Positions 13,253 to 27,764 of a stretch of 64,000 nucleotides of DNA are shown one piece after another. The position numbers and the translations under genes were made by a program. Below the pieces are notes generated by a model. The model saw only the letters and a list, made by a program, of their open reading frames with translations, was not told the DNA's origin and made no database searches. The stretch comes from Octopus sinensis. Its lineage: Eukaryota. Where the stretch lies: NCBI RefSeq assembly GCF_006345805.1, contig NC_042997.1, positions 190,092,001 to 190,156,000 of the forward strand, in the 5' to 3' direction. Each line of letters begins with the position of its first letter. The stretch's first letter is position 1.

Positions 13253-15033
13253 ATGAATATAAACATATGAAATTTGATTTGAGAGAGAGAGAGAGAGAGA
13301 GAAAGGGGGAAAGAGAGAGATGGAGATAGAGAGAGAGAGAAATTCAGAGAAAGACTTGTGAAAAGTTTGGCAGAGTTAAAGCCAAGTACATGCGTGGTTC
13401 ATTGCTAAGTTCCATATACAAAGGTATATGATTATATCCACACACATCACTACAAACACATATACAAATATATGTATAGTGGCAGATATGTGTTTGTATG
13501 TGTGATATGTTTATTACTGTACGAGAGCTGTATAATCCATAGGTTAAAACACTAGATTTATATAGGTATGCGTTTTATAAATTTGTTTATATGCGCATAT
13601 AAATTGAGGTGAATTAAAATAACTTAGATGTACGTTTAAGTCATACTTAAGAAGTTATATATATTCTTAAGTTTTAAGGGAATTGACATGTTAATATATT
13701 TATAACACCTTCCACTAAAAGTGCTAATTTCGGGTCAAATATTAAAGGTAAAATGTCTGAAGTATTTACACTGGAAACTATTTCAACTAAAATATTTAAT
13801 AAGTCATCTAATATTCATTTTCGATTACCTGCATAGCTTTTGATCTTAGTTTAATCAATGATTTGTTCCCGAATATTTCAAAAGCAGTTTGACACTAATT
13901 AGTGTTAGTAATTATTCTATCGAAAAGAGCTGTAAGGTTAGCGTACATGATAAAACTACGAAAGAGTGTTTAGTGTGTTTTTCTGCTTATGAGTTCATAT
14001 CATGCCAGTTACCGTTTTGGCTACGGTTTAGTCATATATCCACACTATAATTAGGATCTTACGGTTTTTGTTTAATTATAAAATTTTTAACTATGTTACA
14101 CTGACCAACGCATCGTTCATCCTTATAATTGGTTCGGCAAGATGTAACTTGATGGTTTGACAGTTGGATATAGAAAGACGAACGACTACCTAGAGTCTCT
14201 ACTGACTCGTGCAAACACCAGTGATACATTGTAGTCACTTCATCAAATTCACTTTAAGTGTGAAATATATATTTTTCTCCTCATGAAAACAAGTACACAA
14301 ACACGAATCTGTTTAATATATTATAAATGGTAGTTGAAATTTCTGGTGTATATTAAATAATGTTTACGAAGATGTGCTGGAAGAATTGTTAAGGGGTTGG
14401 AGAAAATGCTGAGCAAAACTTTTTCCGGTTCCTAACACTCTAGTTGAAATTCCACTGGGGCCGATTTTGCATTTCATCCTTTCGGGGTCGATAAAATAAG
14501 TGCCAGTTGAGTACTGGGCCCAGTGTAATCGACATCCTTCCTCTTATCATTGCTGTCCTTGTGACAAAAGGAATATATTAAATACACTTGCAGATATGCG
14601 AATTATCGAAGCTGTCAGAGCATCGGACAAAATGCTATGTGATGTATAATCTGTTTTCTTGCATTCTAAGTTTAAATTCCACTAAAGTCAATATCTCTTT
14701 TCATCGTTCGGGGGCGATGATAAAATCAATCGTCTATAGCAATGAAATCCTTTGAGCATTATACGGAGAGCCTCGCGTTATTGGTCTCGGCTCTTTGCTT
14801 TCTGAATATATATCCAGCCTTTGCTAATTTAATAACAGCAGCTAGTCATTGGGTATCTTTAATGGAGCCCACTCGGTTGTAAGCATTCCAAGTATATTTT
14901 CATTTCAAGGTGCCATCTGTGATATCTTTTACTCAAAGCTAGGAATTTTTCAGCACCCCCTTGTAAGGCCAAGAGGATCATGTGGCTACTTTGGCTCTTA
15001 ATAGTATATCGTATCATATATAATTGTTGTTGT

Positions 15034-15098
<65 letters not shown>

Positions 15099-16537
15099 CT
15101 TAGCTCTTGGTCAAAATGATTGGGAGGCCAAACGACGGCATTTCAGCCGTCACCATCTCGTTTAACGGTGTAGACAGGAAACAGGCTGTTACGTATCTTT
15201 ATTTTTAGACGAAAAGATGTCATTTCATCATCTCGTTTTAAGAGGTAGCCAGGAATCTAAGCCCTTATGTGTTTTTCTTATGTTTAGATGGTTGTGTATG
15301 GTTTGAATATCTAGTTGCTATTTCTAACATAACTGGCATAACTGGCAATCACGTAGAAGTTCCCTGGGCAGATTCTATCGTGAAGTGTTGTATAACATTA
15401 ATATGTGCCAAACATACAATCTATTGTTAGTGTGTTTATGGAGGATCGGCAAAATCAGAAAAAAAAGTTGACAAATGCTCTATGCAGATAGAACACAGTA
15501 TTTTGATGTGTTAAAACAGCTAAGTTGCTTACTGTTTACATACCGTTTTGTGAGAGAATTAGTGGTGGTGTGGGAATGTGTAAATAATGTAGTGGGCACA
15601 ATTATAAATGTCAATGCACTCGTTGTGGCAGACGACGATATAATTTATCTGCTGAGTCAAAGCACAACTTTAACAACATTACGCTGCTTATAATATTTTA
15701 GTCAGATACAAGACAATAAGCATAATGAAATTCAAGATTGCTTGATCAATAGTTGACTTCTGAAGATAAATCAACAATTGTTTATTTCTCTCAAGAGAAG
15801 TCAACTAAAGTAGCCGATAATTTTCACAGCTAATGGTTTATAACACGATTTTATGTTTATTTTCTCGATACCTCTCGAATGAATTTGAATCGACCAGATA
15901 TCGATAGTACCTTCTACACTTAATCCATCAAGATCGCGTATATTTGTGGTCGCAAAATCACATGAATTTGCTAGTTTGGAAAAATATTCGGAAATATATT
16001 TCATAATTGCTCTGTCATCTCCGAACCAATTGAATCAAGAAATTTAGTTTGTGAGACCAACCGTGTAATAACATCTGATCATCAAGTTCAAAGACGCAAA
16101 TGATGACAGAAAATTCTTCTAATTGAGATCACGCAACCCTTACTAAACAGTAATAAATCCAACGTTATAATTTTCTCTGACATAAAATTCTTTGACAAGG
16201 ACATTTAAATCCGAGAGCGAACTATCATGCTTAAATATAGAAGTGGCTAAAATATCCCTTGCAAAATTAATATAAATATAAACTGTTCATAATACATGGT
16301 ATACAGGTGAATGTGCAATTAAACCAGTAATCTTATTAAGATAGATAACATATGTAATGGGATAAAATGATTTGGTTCTTTGAATGTCTGTCCTGATTTT
16401 TAAAAGTAATCTTGCCATTGTCGTTGGGATATAAAAATACGTTATTAATTCATACAGACAAGTTGACTAATTTGAAACTGGATTCTCAGACAACTATTTT
16501 GATGAGTGCTTCGAAGAATAGATGCTGAAAGACTTCC

Positions 16538-16674
16538 TAGTAGGAGTGCCTGTGCGGTAAGTAGGTTGTTACGAACCACATGGTTCCGGGTTCAATCCCA
16601 CTGCGTGGCACCTTGCGCAGGTGTCTTCTTCTATGGCCTTGGGTCGACCAAAGTCTTGTGACTGGATTTGGTAG

Positions 16675-16728
<54 letters not shown>

Positions 16729-16987
16729 TATGTGTGTCTGTGTGTCTGTGTGTGTATGTGTGTTTGTGTGTGTGTGTGTTTGTGTGTCTGTGTTTGTCCC
16801 CCCAACATCGCTTGACAACCGATGCTGATGTTTACGTGCTCGTAACAAAGCGGTTCGGCAAAAGAGACCGATAGAATAAGTACTAGGCTGACAAAGAGTA
16901 ATTCCTGGGGTCGATTTGCTCGACTAAAGGCGGTGCTCCAACATGGCCACAGTCAAATGACTGAAACATGTAAAGGAGTAAAAGAGT
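16538..16987 (+). mobile_element. SINE family A
   Basis: Match with a small deletion before the microsatellite. Confidence 0.9.
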
Positions 16988-17550
16988 ATCAATAAACAGA
17001 TTAAAAGACATCTGTGTCGGACAAGAATGCGGTCGAGCAAACTTTGGACAAACTTGTTTAATGTGTACTGATTTTTTACGTATGCGATTTTATAGTAGCT
17101 TATAAATCTTTATTAAACATAACTATTATTTAAATTGTGCTCAAGTACAGGGAATATAAACTTACAGAAGTGGGAATTCGAATAGTTGATGTATTTTGAT
17201 GGCAATGACCATTGCAACAGCCCAATTAAAACAGCTTCCGCTTTACACATATCATGACTGGCGAATATTTGAAAGTTACTAATATTAATGAATATGAATA
17301 TTCCTCTCTCTCTCTCTCTCTCTCTCTCTGTCACACACACACATACACACGAATATATACGCAAGTTAGATAGGGCTAATTACGATACCTAAACGGGAAA
17401 GTTCAATAACTATTTAAATAAAGCATTTTTACGGATAGTGTAAGGTTCAATGCCTTATGTGAGTGGTGTGTGTGTATGTATGAATGTATGTATGTATGCA
17501 TGTATGTATGTATGCATGCATGTATCTATGTATGTATGTATGTATGTATC

Positions 17551-17583
<33 letters not shown>

Positions 17584-17638
17584 TATATATATATACATAT
17601 ATATATACATACATACACACAGACATCTATATACACGA

Positions 17639-17669
<31 letters not shown>

Positions 17670-17757
17670 TACATATATAGATATTACATGTATATGTATA
17701 TACATACACACACACGTACACACACGTACACACACACACATATATACACATACATAC

Positions 17758-17805
<48 letters not shown>

Positions 17806-19099
17806 TATATATATATAGGTATATATTCCAGTTGATCCGTTCAACGGAACAACCTCCTCATGAAACTAACGTACAAATGGCTGAGCACTCCAGACACACG
17901 TACTAAACTTCGTTCGCAGGGGAATCCAGTGTGACAAGGCTGGCCCTTCGACGTACAACTCGTTTTCGCTAGCTGAGTGAACTGGAGCAAAGTGAAATAA
18001 AGTGCCTTGCTCAAGAACATGGCGATTCGCTAATCTCGTTAATTTACGATCGTGAGCCATGCGCCTTCACACACTCACACACACACACACACACACACAC
18101 CCACACCCAAACAGATTTATATATAAAAATAGCTTAGCAAAATATATAATGTTAGTCAGCCATGTAGTATATATTTATCTGGAATTATATTACGTATTTT
18201 ATATACGGAAATATATTATCATATATTTCATGTATTAATCATAAATTACATATTTAAATGAAACGCAATGTAAATCAGAATAGCTGTAACATATACAACA
18301 CTGCATTTGAAAGTCCTTAGGTTTTAGAGAGCATTGAGTGGTGGAGACTGAAGTTACATGAAAACACCACAACTCTTCTTGCAGCTCTGTTTCGGGATAA
18401 TATTCCCGCATCAGAAACGACCTTCCACTTTTCTTCGGCTACTCAATGAACAATATATATTCATTAAACAAATATTTGTGATCTGGTTCTACGTCCCCCC
18501 AAAATAATCAATATCAAGTTGCACTTTAACACAAGAAAATATTATTGTTAGATTCTTTATGAACACTTTTTCGTTGTGAGTTCCGAATAAAAACCAAACA
18601 TTATTTTTGATTCCAAAAATAGTCATGCAATTTTGCTCAAACTGCAGCACATCATATCTGTAATTTAAACGATTTGTGCGTGATTATGTGATATCTGTTT
18701 TTTTATTTCCATAAAACATAGCAAAACACAGAAAAAGAGGTGTTTTTTAGGTGAGAATTTATTTTGAAACATTACACACATGGTAGAACAATTTAATGCA
18801 GTTCATCTCATTCAAAATGCCATATTTTTCAATTGAATTTTGACCTATTATTATAGATCATTATTTATCTTTCATTATTTCTGCTTATTTTGTAAATCAA
18901 TGCGCTCTGTGATACGCTTTGCGTTATTTTTAATGGTAAATCAGGAAATGAATCGCAATATCAATAACACACTTCCAGGAAGAATGGGTGAACTTAAACA
19001 TGACCGCAGACCTGGTTCTGATGCTTGCAACATGCTGGGATGTCAGATTTAGGTATCCTGAAACACATAATAGATTATCAGAATTACGCGTATGCAATG

Positions 19100-19667
19100 A
19101 GGCAGCGAGCTGGCAGAATCGTTAGCACGCCGGGTGAAATGCTTAGCGGTATTTCGTCTGCCGTTACATTGTGAGTTCAAATTCCGCAGAGGTCGACTTT
19201 GCCTTTCATCCTTTCGGGGTCGATTAAATAAGTACCAGTTACGCGATGGGGACGATATAAATGACTTAATCCGTGTGTCTGGCCTTGTTTGTCCTCTCTG
19301 TGTTTAGCCTCTTGTGGGTAGTAAAGAAATAGGTATTTCGTCTGAAGCTATGTTCTGAGTTCAAATTCCGCCAAGGTCGACTTTGCCTTTCATCCTTTCG
19401 GGGTCGATAAATTAAGTACCAGTTACGCACTGGGGACGATATAATCGACTTAATCCGTTTGTCTGTCCTTGTTTGTCCCCTCTGTGTTTAGCCTCTTGTG
19501 GGTAGTAAAGAAATAGGTATTTCGTCTCTCTTTACGTTCTGAGTTCAAATTCCGCCAAGGTCGACTTGTACCAGTTGCGCACTGGGGTCGATGTAAGCAA
19601 CTTAATTACTTTGTCTGTCCTTGTTTGTCCCCTCTATTTTTAGCCCCTTGTGGGCAATAAAGAAATA
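19100..19667 (+). mobile_element. SINE family B, trimeric copy
   Basis: Three tandem bodies, the third with an internal deletion. 20-bp TSD agaattacgc(g/t)tatgcaatg. Confidence 0.9.
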
Positions 19668-20193
19668 AGAATTACGCTTATGCAATGTGAATAATTTTAT
19701 TTGTTATTCATTGATCAGATGGTTCGTGCTCCCTCGAAAAATTGCAGCTGGGACATTGTTGTAAATGAATCCTCTATTTTGAACGAACAACCACCTACAA
19801 TTTATAATCTTTTAGTTGTCCATTCAAAATGCGTCTCGAAGTTTTCAATATATACAGGTATGAATATACATATACACACACACTTACACTCACACATATA
19901 CGCACACACACGTATATACATTCATACGTACATCCGTACACATATACATACACACACATGCATGCATACATACATACATACATGCATGCATACATACATG
20001 CATGCATACATACATACATACATACATACATACATACATACATACATACATAATACATACATACATACATACATATACGTAACGTGTATGCATGTTATGA
20101 ATATAATATTGTACTCGACTGAAAACGAACATTATCAATTCAATGGCGAAGAAAAATTAATAACCTAGCGGCAATTGGAAGCCATTCTCAAAT

Positions 20194-20245
<52 letters not shown>

Positions 20246-20739
20246 TCAAGAAATTTGGAATTAATTTCACAAAAAAAAAATTGATTTTTATGCTTAGGTG
20301 AAAATAATACTTAACTTCTTGAAATTTTCTTCCTCTTTTCTTAGTTGTATCTACCGTTTCTGGGTTTTTGATATATTCTCCCAATAATGCGGCAAAATTC
20401 AATACACTAATAATGTTCTTTTGCGCGTGTCATTCAGTTGTTATTACATCCCGATTTAAATATGAGTATGATTTCATGATACAGAGATAAATATGAGAAT
20501 TTTGTACCGCCTAAATTTTGTTTTTGTTTTCATTATCTTTTATAATGTATAATTCTTTAATATAAGTTGTTGCGGTGAGTCCTTGGTGGGGGAAAACCTT
20601 TAGAACAAAAGATGCGATAGGTCGATAGAATAAATGCCTTGACGTCATTCAGTTACGCTGTCTTATACTCTGCAATCTCATCCTATCGAAATCAAGCCTA
20701 TGTTTCATTCGCTTCATACATTATAACCAACACTGGCGA

Positions 20740-20925
20740 CGTAAATCGCTTACAGACACTCCTCTAAAATTTCGCTGTAAGAGGTTTGATTCGCAACTAC
20801 GTAGATCCGGGTTCAGTCGCACTGTGTGGTAACTCGGGTAGGTGTCTCCTACTATAACCTCGGGAAGACCCAAACCTTGTGAGTGGATTTGGTAGACGAA
20901 AACTGAAAGAAGCTCACCGTATATG

Positions 20926-20998
<73 letters not shown>

Positions 20999-21460
20999 CG
21001 GTTGTCTGTCTGTGTTTGTCCCCCCAACATCTCTTGACAACCGATGCTGGTGTGTTTACGTCCCCGTAGCTTAGCGGTTCGGCAAAAGGGACCAATAGAA
21101 TAAGTACTAGGCTTACAAAGAATAAGTCCCGGGGTCGATTTGCTCGACTAAGGGCGGTGGTCCAGCATGGCCACAGTCAAATGACTGAAACAAGTAAAAG
21201 AGTAAAGAGTATATGTGTGTATGTATGTATGTATGTATGTATGTATGTATGTACGTATGCATGTATGTATTTATGCGTGTGTATGTGTTTGTACCTAATC
21301 GTCGTTTGACAACTGTTGCCAGTGTGTTCACGTCCCCATAACCCAGCGGTTCAGCAAATAGTGACCGATAGGAAAAGTATCAGGCTTAAAAAAATAAGTA
21401 TTGGGTTCGATTCTCCAGAGCGGTACCCCAGCATGGTCGCAGTCTACTGATTAAAAAAAG
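20740..21460 (+). mobile_element. SINE family A (diverged head) followed by a decayed second 3' half
   Basis: Body and tail match at 20800-21210, diverged repeat at 21280-21460. Confidence 0.8.
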
Positions 21461-21799
21461 ATAAACGTTTTTGCTTACAAAGGATATATTTGCTTTCAAA
21501 GTAATCCACATCTAGCATCCATATGTTGGCACTGTCCAAACCCCGTTGTTGTATATATTCACATAGTTTGAATATTTTCTCTGTATGTATGTTTTAGATA
21601 CATAGCTATTTAAAGTTAATAATATTGATTTTAGATTGACAGAAAGCCAGCAATTAATAGGGAGAGGAATGATGTAAAGAATTATTTCTGTTGAGTTGTC
21701 GATAGGAAACTTTGAAGCCGGAAGGAGTTAAACTTATAATATAAAGGAACAAAACTAAAACACCGTTAAGCATTTAGTCTTCTAGTCAACTACTTCTGA

Positions 21800-23598
21800 T
21801 AATAATAACCGTTTCTTTATTGGACACAAGGACCTACATAAAAAAAAAATGTTACAACTTTTCCACGCCCTAATTCACGCGGGGTACCCCTTAATGAATC
21901 TAGTTTCCGCAGTAGTGGCTAAGAAGTCAATCCATACAGAAAACACGAAATTGGACAACAATTGTCAACCAAGCACATGATACTGATCAGTAGCCATTAC
22001 TCTGACCACTCAACGGACAATGGTTTACATTGTAGCAATGAAGCTACTGAATATGGACGAAAGTAACTGCTTCGAGGACAGCTGCCAAGCACAGATGCTT
22101 GACGTTGCAGGCAAATTTCGATTGATCAGGGATATTTTGGTGCTAAGTTCATTACTTATTTTCTCTTTGATCTATCGAAAGAAGTGGAATTTGTCATGGA
22201 TCGACCAGTTTGGGATGGTACATGTCTGCACTCCCCAATCAGGCCCTTTGTTAAATTTTGTACTCCGCATTTGGAAAAATTATGGGTAAAAATTATCACT
22301 GTGGTTCCCACTTGGTCGGGTCCTCAGCGGTCCCACCACTCCTCAGCTAATTGAACTGGGAATTCTTCTGTTTTGTTGTCTGTTGCAGTAAACATCCGCT
22401 AAAATACCGTTGAACAAATAAGGCATATTAGCTTAATGATCATAGAGAAGACAAGCCAAATCAGGTGATTATTTCCTTTATGTAAACAGCCATGGCTTCC
22501 CTTAGTTTATTGGCGGCACACTGTTGATATAGGCACTGGTGTCTACCATGCGATCTATTCCCCACTCATCACGAACACGAATTCAAAATGCCGCTGACAG
22601 GATACCCACATCTTCAAAAATTAAGTATCACTTGGCCATCTCGATCCACAAAACGCCGAACTGTTTCTTGTAAGCACGTTGCACCGGGTCCATCGAAATG
22701 CTTTCGTAGCTTCGTGTCACTGAGCACGCACCTGAGCTCTGATATGGCAATCTTCGTTCTTTTTCTGCATATACATCAATTGCGATAATTTTCCTAAGTA
22801 CCTCTTCTAGATTTCTAACGACTCATCCCTCTAATCTAGTTTTCTCTCTCGCTCCATGCTGAATGAGCCTTATCAAATCTTTTCCAATTGCCCATTTGAG
22901 GGTGAACCACCATCTATTTATGACGATTGCTCTCCTCATCGCCCGTTCAACTCATTCGCTAATCTGGTTTCTGTAGATTTGACGAACCAGGAAAGACTCA
23001 TTCAGCTCTTAGAAAACGGCGCTGGGCCTGTGATGTCTGTCTAGATCGATCGTATAGATCACAAAGTTATAGTCTTTGTACTTGTACACTTTAGAGTATG
23101 GAAATCTATGTTATTCGTATTTACTAGTCTACAGAATATTCTAGGTACTCTATCTCGATACGAACTGGATGATCCGATGTGATTTGTTCATGTCCACATT
23201 AACATATCGTTGGTATCCAGTTGGTACCTGTGATATCGTAAAAAAATGTCTGATAGGTTTTTCAGGCTTTTGCACCACATCCCCTATCGACTAGCTCCAT
23301 ACTGTGCCTGTATGCATGCATGCAGAATGCTATTCCAATCATACAAAATCATCAAAGACCAGATTGATTCTCGGAATTCCTCCAGACGTACGTCGAAATC
23401 TGGCACCTACGGAGGCATAGACATCAACTAGTCTGAAGGCATGACCTGCGTCCAACTTCATAGACGTTTCATCAGGTTCCAGGAAGATAGCAAGTACCAA
23501 AAGATCCAGACCCTTCGCAGTAGCACAGCTACTCAGACATCCATTCCTGGCAGACTTGTGGGTACATAAACCTCGTAACTGCCGAAGAGGTTTCCTCC
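21800..23598 (-). mobile_element. Degenerate L1/Tx1-clade LINE ORF2 (AP endonuclease to RT)
   Basis: Broken minus-strand motifs VAVLLR, FRLVDVYA, DWNSIL, WT*TNHIGSSSSYRDRV, LNESFL, EYKI, QTCTIP..SIHD, DQSK, QCCPIS..LY, PLLRKL. A tail-like gtccaataaagaaa + (TTA)n sits at the left end. Confidence 0.7.
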
Positions 23599-23599
23599 G

Positions 23600-24826
23600 G
23601 GAAACTGAGCGCCAATGAGAATCAACTGGTTGTTCTTTTCCAGAGTATTTTCCAGAGGGCCAATGGATAATTTACAGAAATCCCATGTGTGATAGTGTTA
23701 TCGTGGAATCTTATTGGTTAAAGATAAATCTACAGGAATCGTGGTGGGTGTCGTCAGCTGCACCTGCCTGAGATGCATGCAGAGCTGGAAAACTATTCTG
23801 TACGTTCTCGTGTAGTGTTTGACAATTGCCAACATGTGGAAGTATTCTCTCTTACTCTTTTACTTGTTTCAGTCATTTCACTGCGGCCATGCTGGAGCAG
23901 CGCCTTTAGTCGAGCAAATCGATCCCAGGACTTATTCTTTGTAAGCCTAGTACTTATTCTATTGGTCCCTTTTGCCGAACCGCTTAGTTACGGGGACGGA
24001 AACACACCAACATCAGTTGTCAAGCGATGGTGGGAGGGGAGACAAACACCCCCACACACACATACATATACATACAAATATATATACACATATATACGAC
24101 GGGCGTCTTTCAGTTTCCGTCTACCAAATCCACTCACAAGGCTTTGGTCGGCCGAAGCTATAGTAAAAAACACTTGCTTCAGGTGCCACGCAGTGGGACT
24201 GAACCCAGAACCATTTGGTTTGTAAGCAAGCTACCTACCACACAGCCACTCCTGCCTATGTTCAGCATTTGCTATAATGTACTGGACCAATCCGGCTAGC
24301 AGCCAACTCACCCTGCTGCCCTTCTTTGACAGGGAAAGACAAGCAATTTTCTTCTGTCTTGTCTATATGGCGAAAAAAGTCATGTGGGGAGCTCTACTTA
24401 AAGGACTGAAGAACAGAACAATTTTGTCGGCCAAGCACTTGTTGATTCTTTCACGTTCCAACTGGAAAAGAAATTGAGTATACAGAGGGCGATGCTGCAC
24501 CTAATAATTTCTTTTTTTTTTAATGTTTGAATGTATCGAGAATAGCCCGAGTGAATGGACCTACTCTGAGTATTCATCTGTAAGCTGAAAAGGACGGAAC
24601 AAAGAGCTACACACCATGGCATTCCTAGTGTGTATGGTAAATTAGGATGTGAAATTCTTTGGTCGCGTCGGTGTGGCGTTTCCTCCTATTGGGGAATTTT
24701 GTTGGAGTCCCCTCTTTAATTCTTATTAACTTAAATTGTTTACATGTGTACTTTATTTAAGACCCAGTGTTCCTGGTCCTTTCCTGTCCTAAAGGCATTT
24801 TTGTGGCTCTTATGGACAATAAAAAT

Positions 24827-24900
<74 letters not shown>
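23600..24900 (+). mobile_element. L1/Tx1-clade LINE 3' part (zinc finger, C-terminus, 3' UTR, (ATT)n), split by a SINE
   Basis: MDNLQKSH..CYRGIL, CLRCMQSWKTILYVLV*C..IANMWKY (zf-RVT-like), resuming after the SINE with AIFFCLVYMAKKVMWG. Ends ggacaataaaaatg(tat)n. Confidence 0.65.
23846..24258 (-). mobile_element. SINE family A inserted in the Tx1 LINE
   Basis: Reverse-complement full copy. The LINE reading frame resumes on both sides. Confidence 0.9.
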
Positions 24901-24902
<2 letters not shown>

Positions 24903-25117
24903 GGCGGTGAGCTGGCTGAGTTGTTAGCACGCTTGACGGAATGCTTAGTGGTATTTCGCCCGTCGCTACATTCTCAGTTCAAATTCCGCGAAGGTCGTTT
25001 TTGCCTTTCAACCTTTCGAGGTCGATAAATTAAGTACCTGTGAGACACTGGGGTCGATGTATCTGACTAGTCCTCTCCCCCAAAATTTCAGGCTTTGTGC
25101 ATAGAGTAGAAAGGAAT
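24901..25117 (+). mobile_element. SINE family B variant; more decayed relatives at ~14.4-14.7, 25.8-26.6, 32.3, 39.3 and 46.9 kb
   Basis: Same head and core, different 3' tail, inserted in (ATT)n. Confidence 0.8.
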
Positions 25118-27016
25118 TATTATTATTATTATTATCATTATTATTATTAATGGTGGTAGGAGTAGTAGTAGTAGTAGTAGTAGTACTGGTGGTAATTAAT
25201 GATAGTAGTTGTCAGCGATTTTTCTGATTATAGTGGTGGTTTTGCTTTGTTGGTTTTTGTCAGGGATGATTTAAAAGACAAAATTAAGTATTTTATTTAC
25301 CATAAACTACAGAGAAAAAGATAAATACAACTTCGTGATGCTGATTATGATGATGACGATGATGATGGTAATGATATTTGTAATTAGAGTGGTGGCAAGA
25401 ATTATTTTGAATATGTCCAATATTGTGAATTTTAAAGAAGGTGAAAGTGATTACAATGCCCGCAATAATTATGATAATGACGAGAAGGAAAAGCTGAAAG
25501 AAATAAATGATGATGATAAAGATTGCGATCATCATTATCGTCACCATCATGATTTCTCACTTTGGCGTACATCCAAGTATGTGAATGTATGATTTGTAAT
25601 TGACTGAAGAAATTGGTACTAATTTCGTTTTGATAACGAGTAAATTATTTAATATATCCGGCGGAATTGACAGGCAATCTCGCGTTCGACATGATTTTTA
25701 TACGGAACATAGCTGAGACGGAACGAAATTCTGCAAACCCGGCACTATCGTTTTTTCCCCGTTTTTCTGTTCGTATCTTTTCCTACCTGTAATAATTATG
25801 ATAATACTTTCAACTATAGGCTCAAAACCTGAAATTTGGGGACGACGAGGTGTCTAGTCAATTGCATGCTCCTCAGTACCCGACTAGTACTTATTTTATT
25901 GATCCCGAATGGGTGGAAGTTATGATAGACCTTGATGGAATTTGAACTGAGATCATAAAGCCGGAAGAAATATCGCTTAGCATCTTATCCGGCGTGCTAA
26001 CAATTCTGCAAGTTCTCCGCCCTTTATTAATGATAATAAATGGGCAGGAGGGTGTTAGTCAATGTTATCGATTCCACTTACGGCGGCGAACCGGTAGAAT
26101 CGTGAGCACGCCTGACAAGATGCCTAGCGGCATTTCGCACGTCGTTACTTTGATTTAAAATCCTCCGAGGTCGAGTTTGCCTTTCATCTTTTCGGTGTCG
26201 ATAAAATTAGTACCAGTAATCGACTTTGCTCCTCCCCCATAATAACTGGCCTTGTGCCACAATTTCAAACCAATATTATCGACTCCAGGATTTGACTAGT
26301 TTATTTCATCGAATCAGAAAAGAAAATAGCAAAATTGATCCCGGTGGAGGTTGAACTCAGAACGCCTATAGTCAGAACAAATACAATTATGTATGGTTTC
26401 GAAAGTAGAATGTAACATCTAGGAGGACGAAAAGTGCTCTAGTCCATTGACTAGTCCATTCATCTTTCTAGTATATGAGCAGTATTTATTCTAGTGACCC
26501 TGAATTCAGCGTAAAATTAGATGGAATTTGAACTCTAAACATAAAATACTTTAACGAAATACAGCGCGGCATTTTGTACTTTTTCTTCTCTACCATTTCT
26601 GTTATCTACTGGTCTTATGATACTCAAAGTAATTATTTACGTTTGCGTATGGCCAAACATTTACACGGAGCTTATATACTACTAATGAAAAGCTCTGCCG
26701 ATTAAGTATAGATACGAGATTAAGTATGATGCTGTAGCAAACAGCAACGCAAATAAAAAGCAAACTATTAGACTGTAATATTGAAAAGTAGCGTCATACA
26801 CGCAACATACAGCGGATATTAGGCGTGTTCAACCTGTTTGAGTCTACGCTAGAACTCATTCTTAATATGATCATACAAGTGTTACTTTTGAACTTAGGAA
26901 AATAAGGAACAAAAACAATACCAGATCTCAAGCAATGGTGAGGAACAAGCTCAAAAATATAGATACATATATACATACAAGAATACGTACATACATACAT
27001 ACATACATACATACAC

Positions 27017-27065
<49 letters not shown>

Positions 27066-27073
27066 ATATATAT

Positions 27074-27716
27074 ATTAACAATTGAGGATAAAATCTTTAA
27101 AAGAAATTATCAGTAGTCAGCGTGAAAAACCTCGTAAGAGAAAAAATCCGTAAATTCTTCCTCTTTGAAAATATTCATTTATATTATATTGAGGGTACTA
27201 CTATTTGTAGATACCACACGCTAAGAGGGACCAATGCGGTCAAAACTACGGATTTTTTCTCTTACGAGGTTTTTCACGCTGACTACTGATAATTTCTTTT
27301 AAAGATTTTATCCTCAATTGTTAATTTATATTTTTCACCGGAATAGTTCAATACTGAATTTTTATTCCGACTAGGCAATTTGTTACCGAAATGCATTGCG
27401 AAAAAGCCCGCCATTTTCATAGATATGTAAGGATAAACATTCGTACATGCTACGACGAATTCTACGGTTGGCTATCGAGTTTGTAATGTTATGTTTTTTC
27501 TTATATTTCTTGAGTTTGTTGCACTGACGAACATGAAATGCATATTCTGCATTAAATGCGAAATCACATGTGATATGTAACTGAATTCTTTTTTAAAATG
27601 ATGTGTTTTGAAGTTTTGCATTCGGTAAAATTTTGTTTATTTTTAGTAGTTTTGACCGCATTGGTCCCTCTTAGCGTGTGGTATCTACAAATAGTAGTAC
27701 CCTCAATATAATATAA
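27074..27716 (+). mobile_element. Non-coding hammerhead-bearing retroelement unit with inverted 5' junction copy (Penelope pLTR or retrozyme-like)
   Basis: Perfect inverted repeats 27074-27152/27247-27325 (79 bp) and 27179-27249/27646-27716 (71 bp), an internal hammerhead, and (TA)n flanks. Confidence 0.7.
27512..27588 (+). ncRNA. Type I hammerhead ribozyme motif (Penelope/retrozyme-type)
   Basis: Stem I GTTGCA/TGTAAC (extends GAGTTT/GAATTC), CTGACGA at 27524-27530, stem II CAT..ATGCA/TGCAT..ATG with an A.C closing mismatch, GAAA at 27560-27563, palindromic stem III TCACATGTGA, cleavage triplet AUA. Confidence 0.75.
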
Positions 27717-27718
27717 TA

Positions 27719-27762
<44 letters not shown>

Positions 27763-27764
<2 letters not shown>

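Noticed and set aside
15752-15805. gttgacttct...agaagtcaac hairpin as a pre-miRNA
   Set aside because: The interior pairs poorly and no known mature miRNA was recognised.
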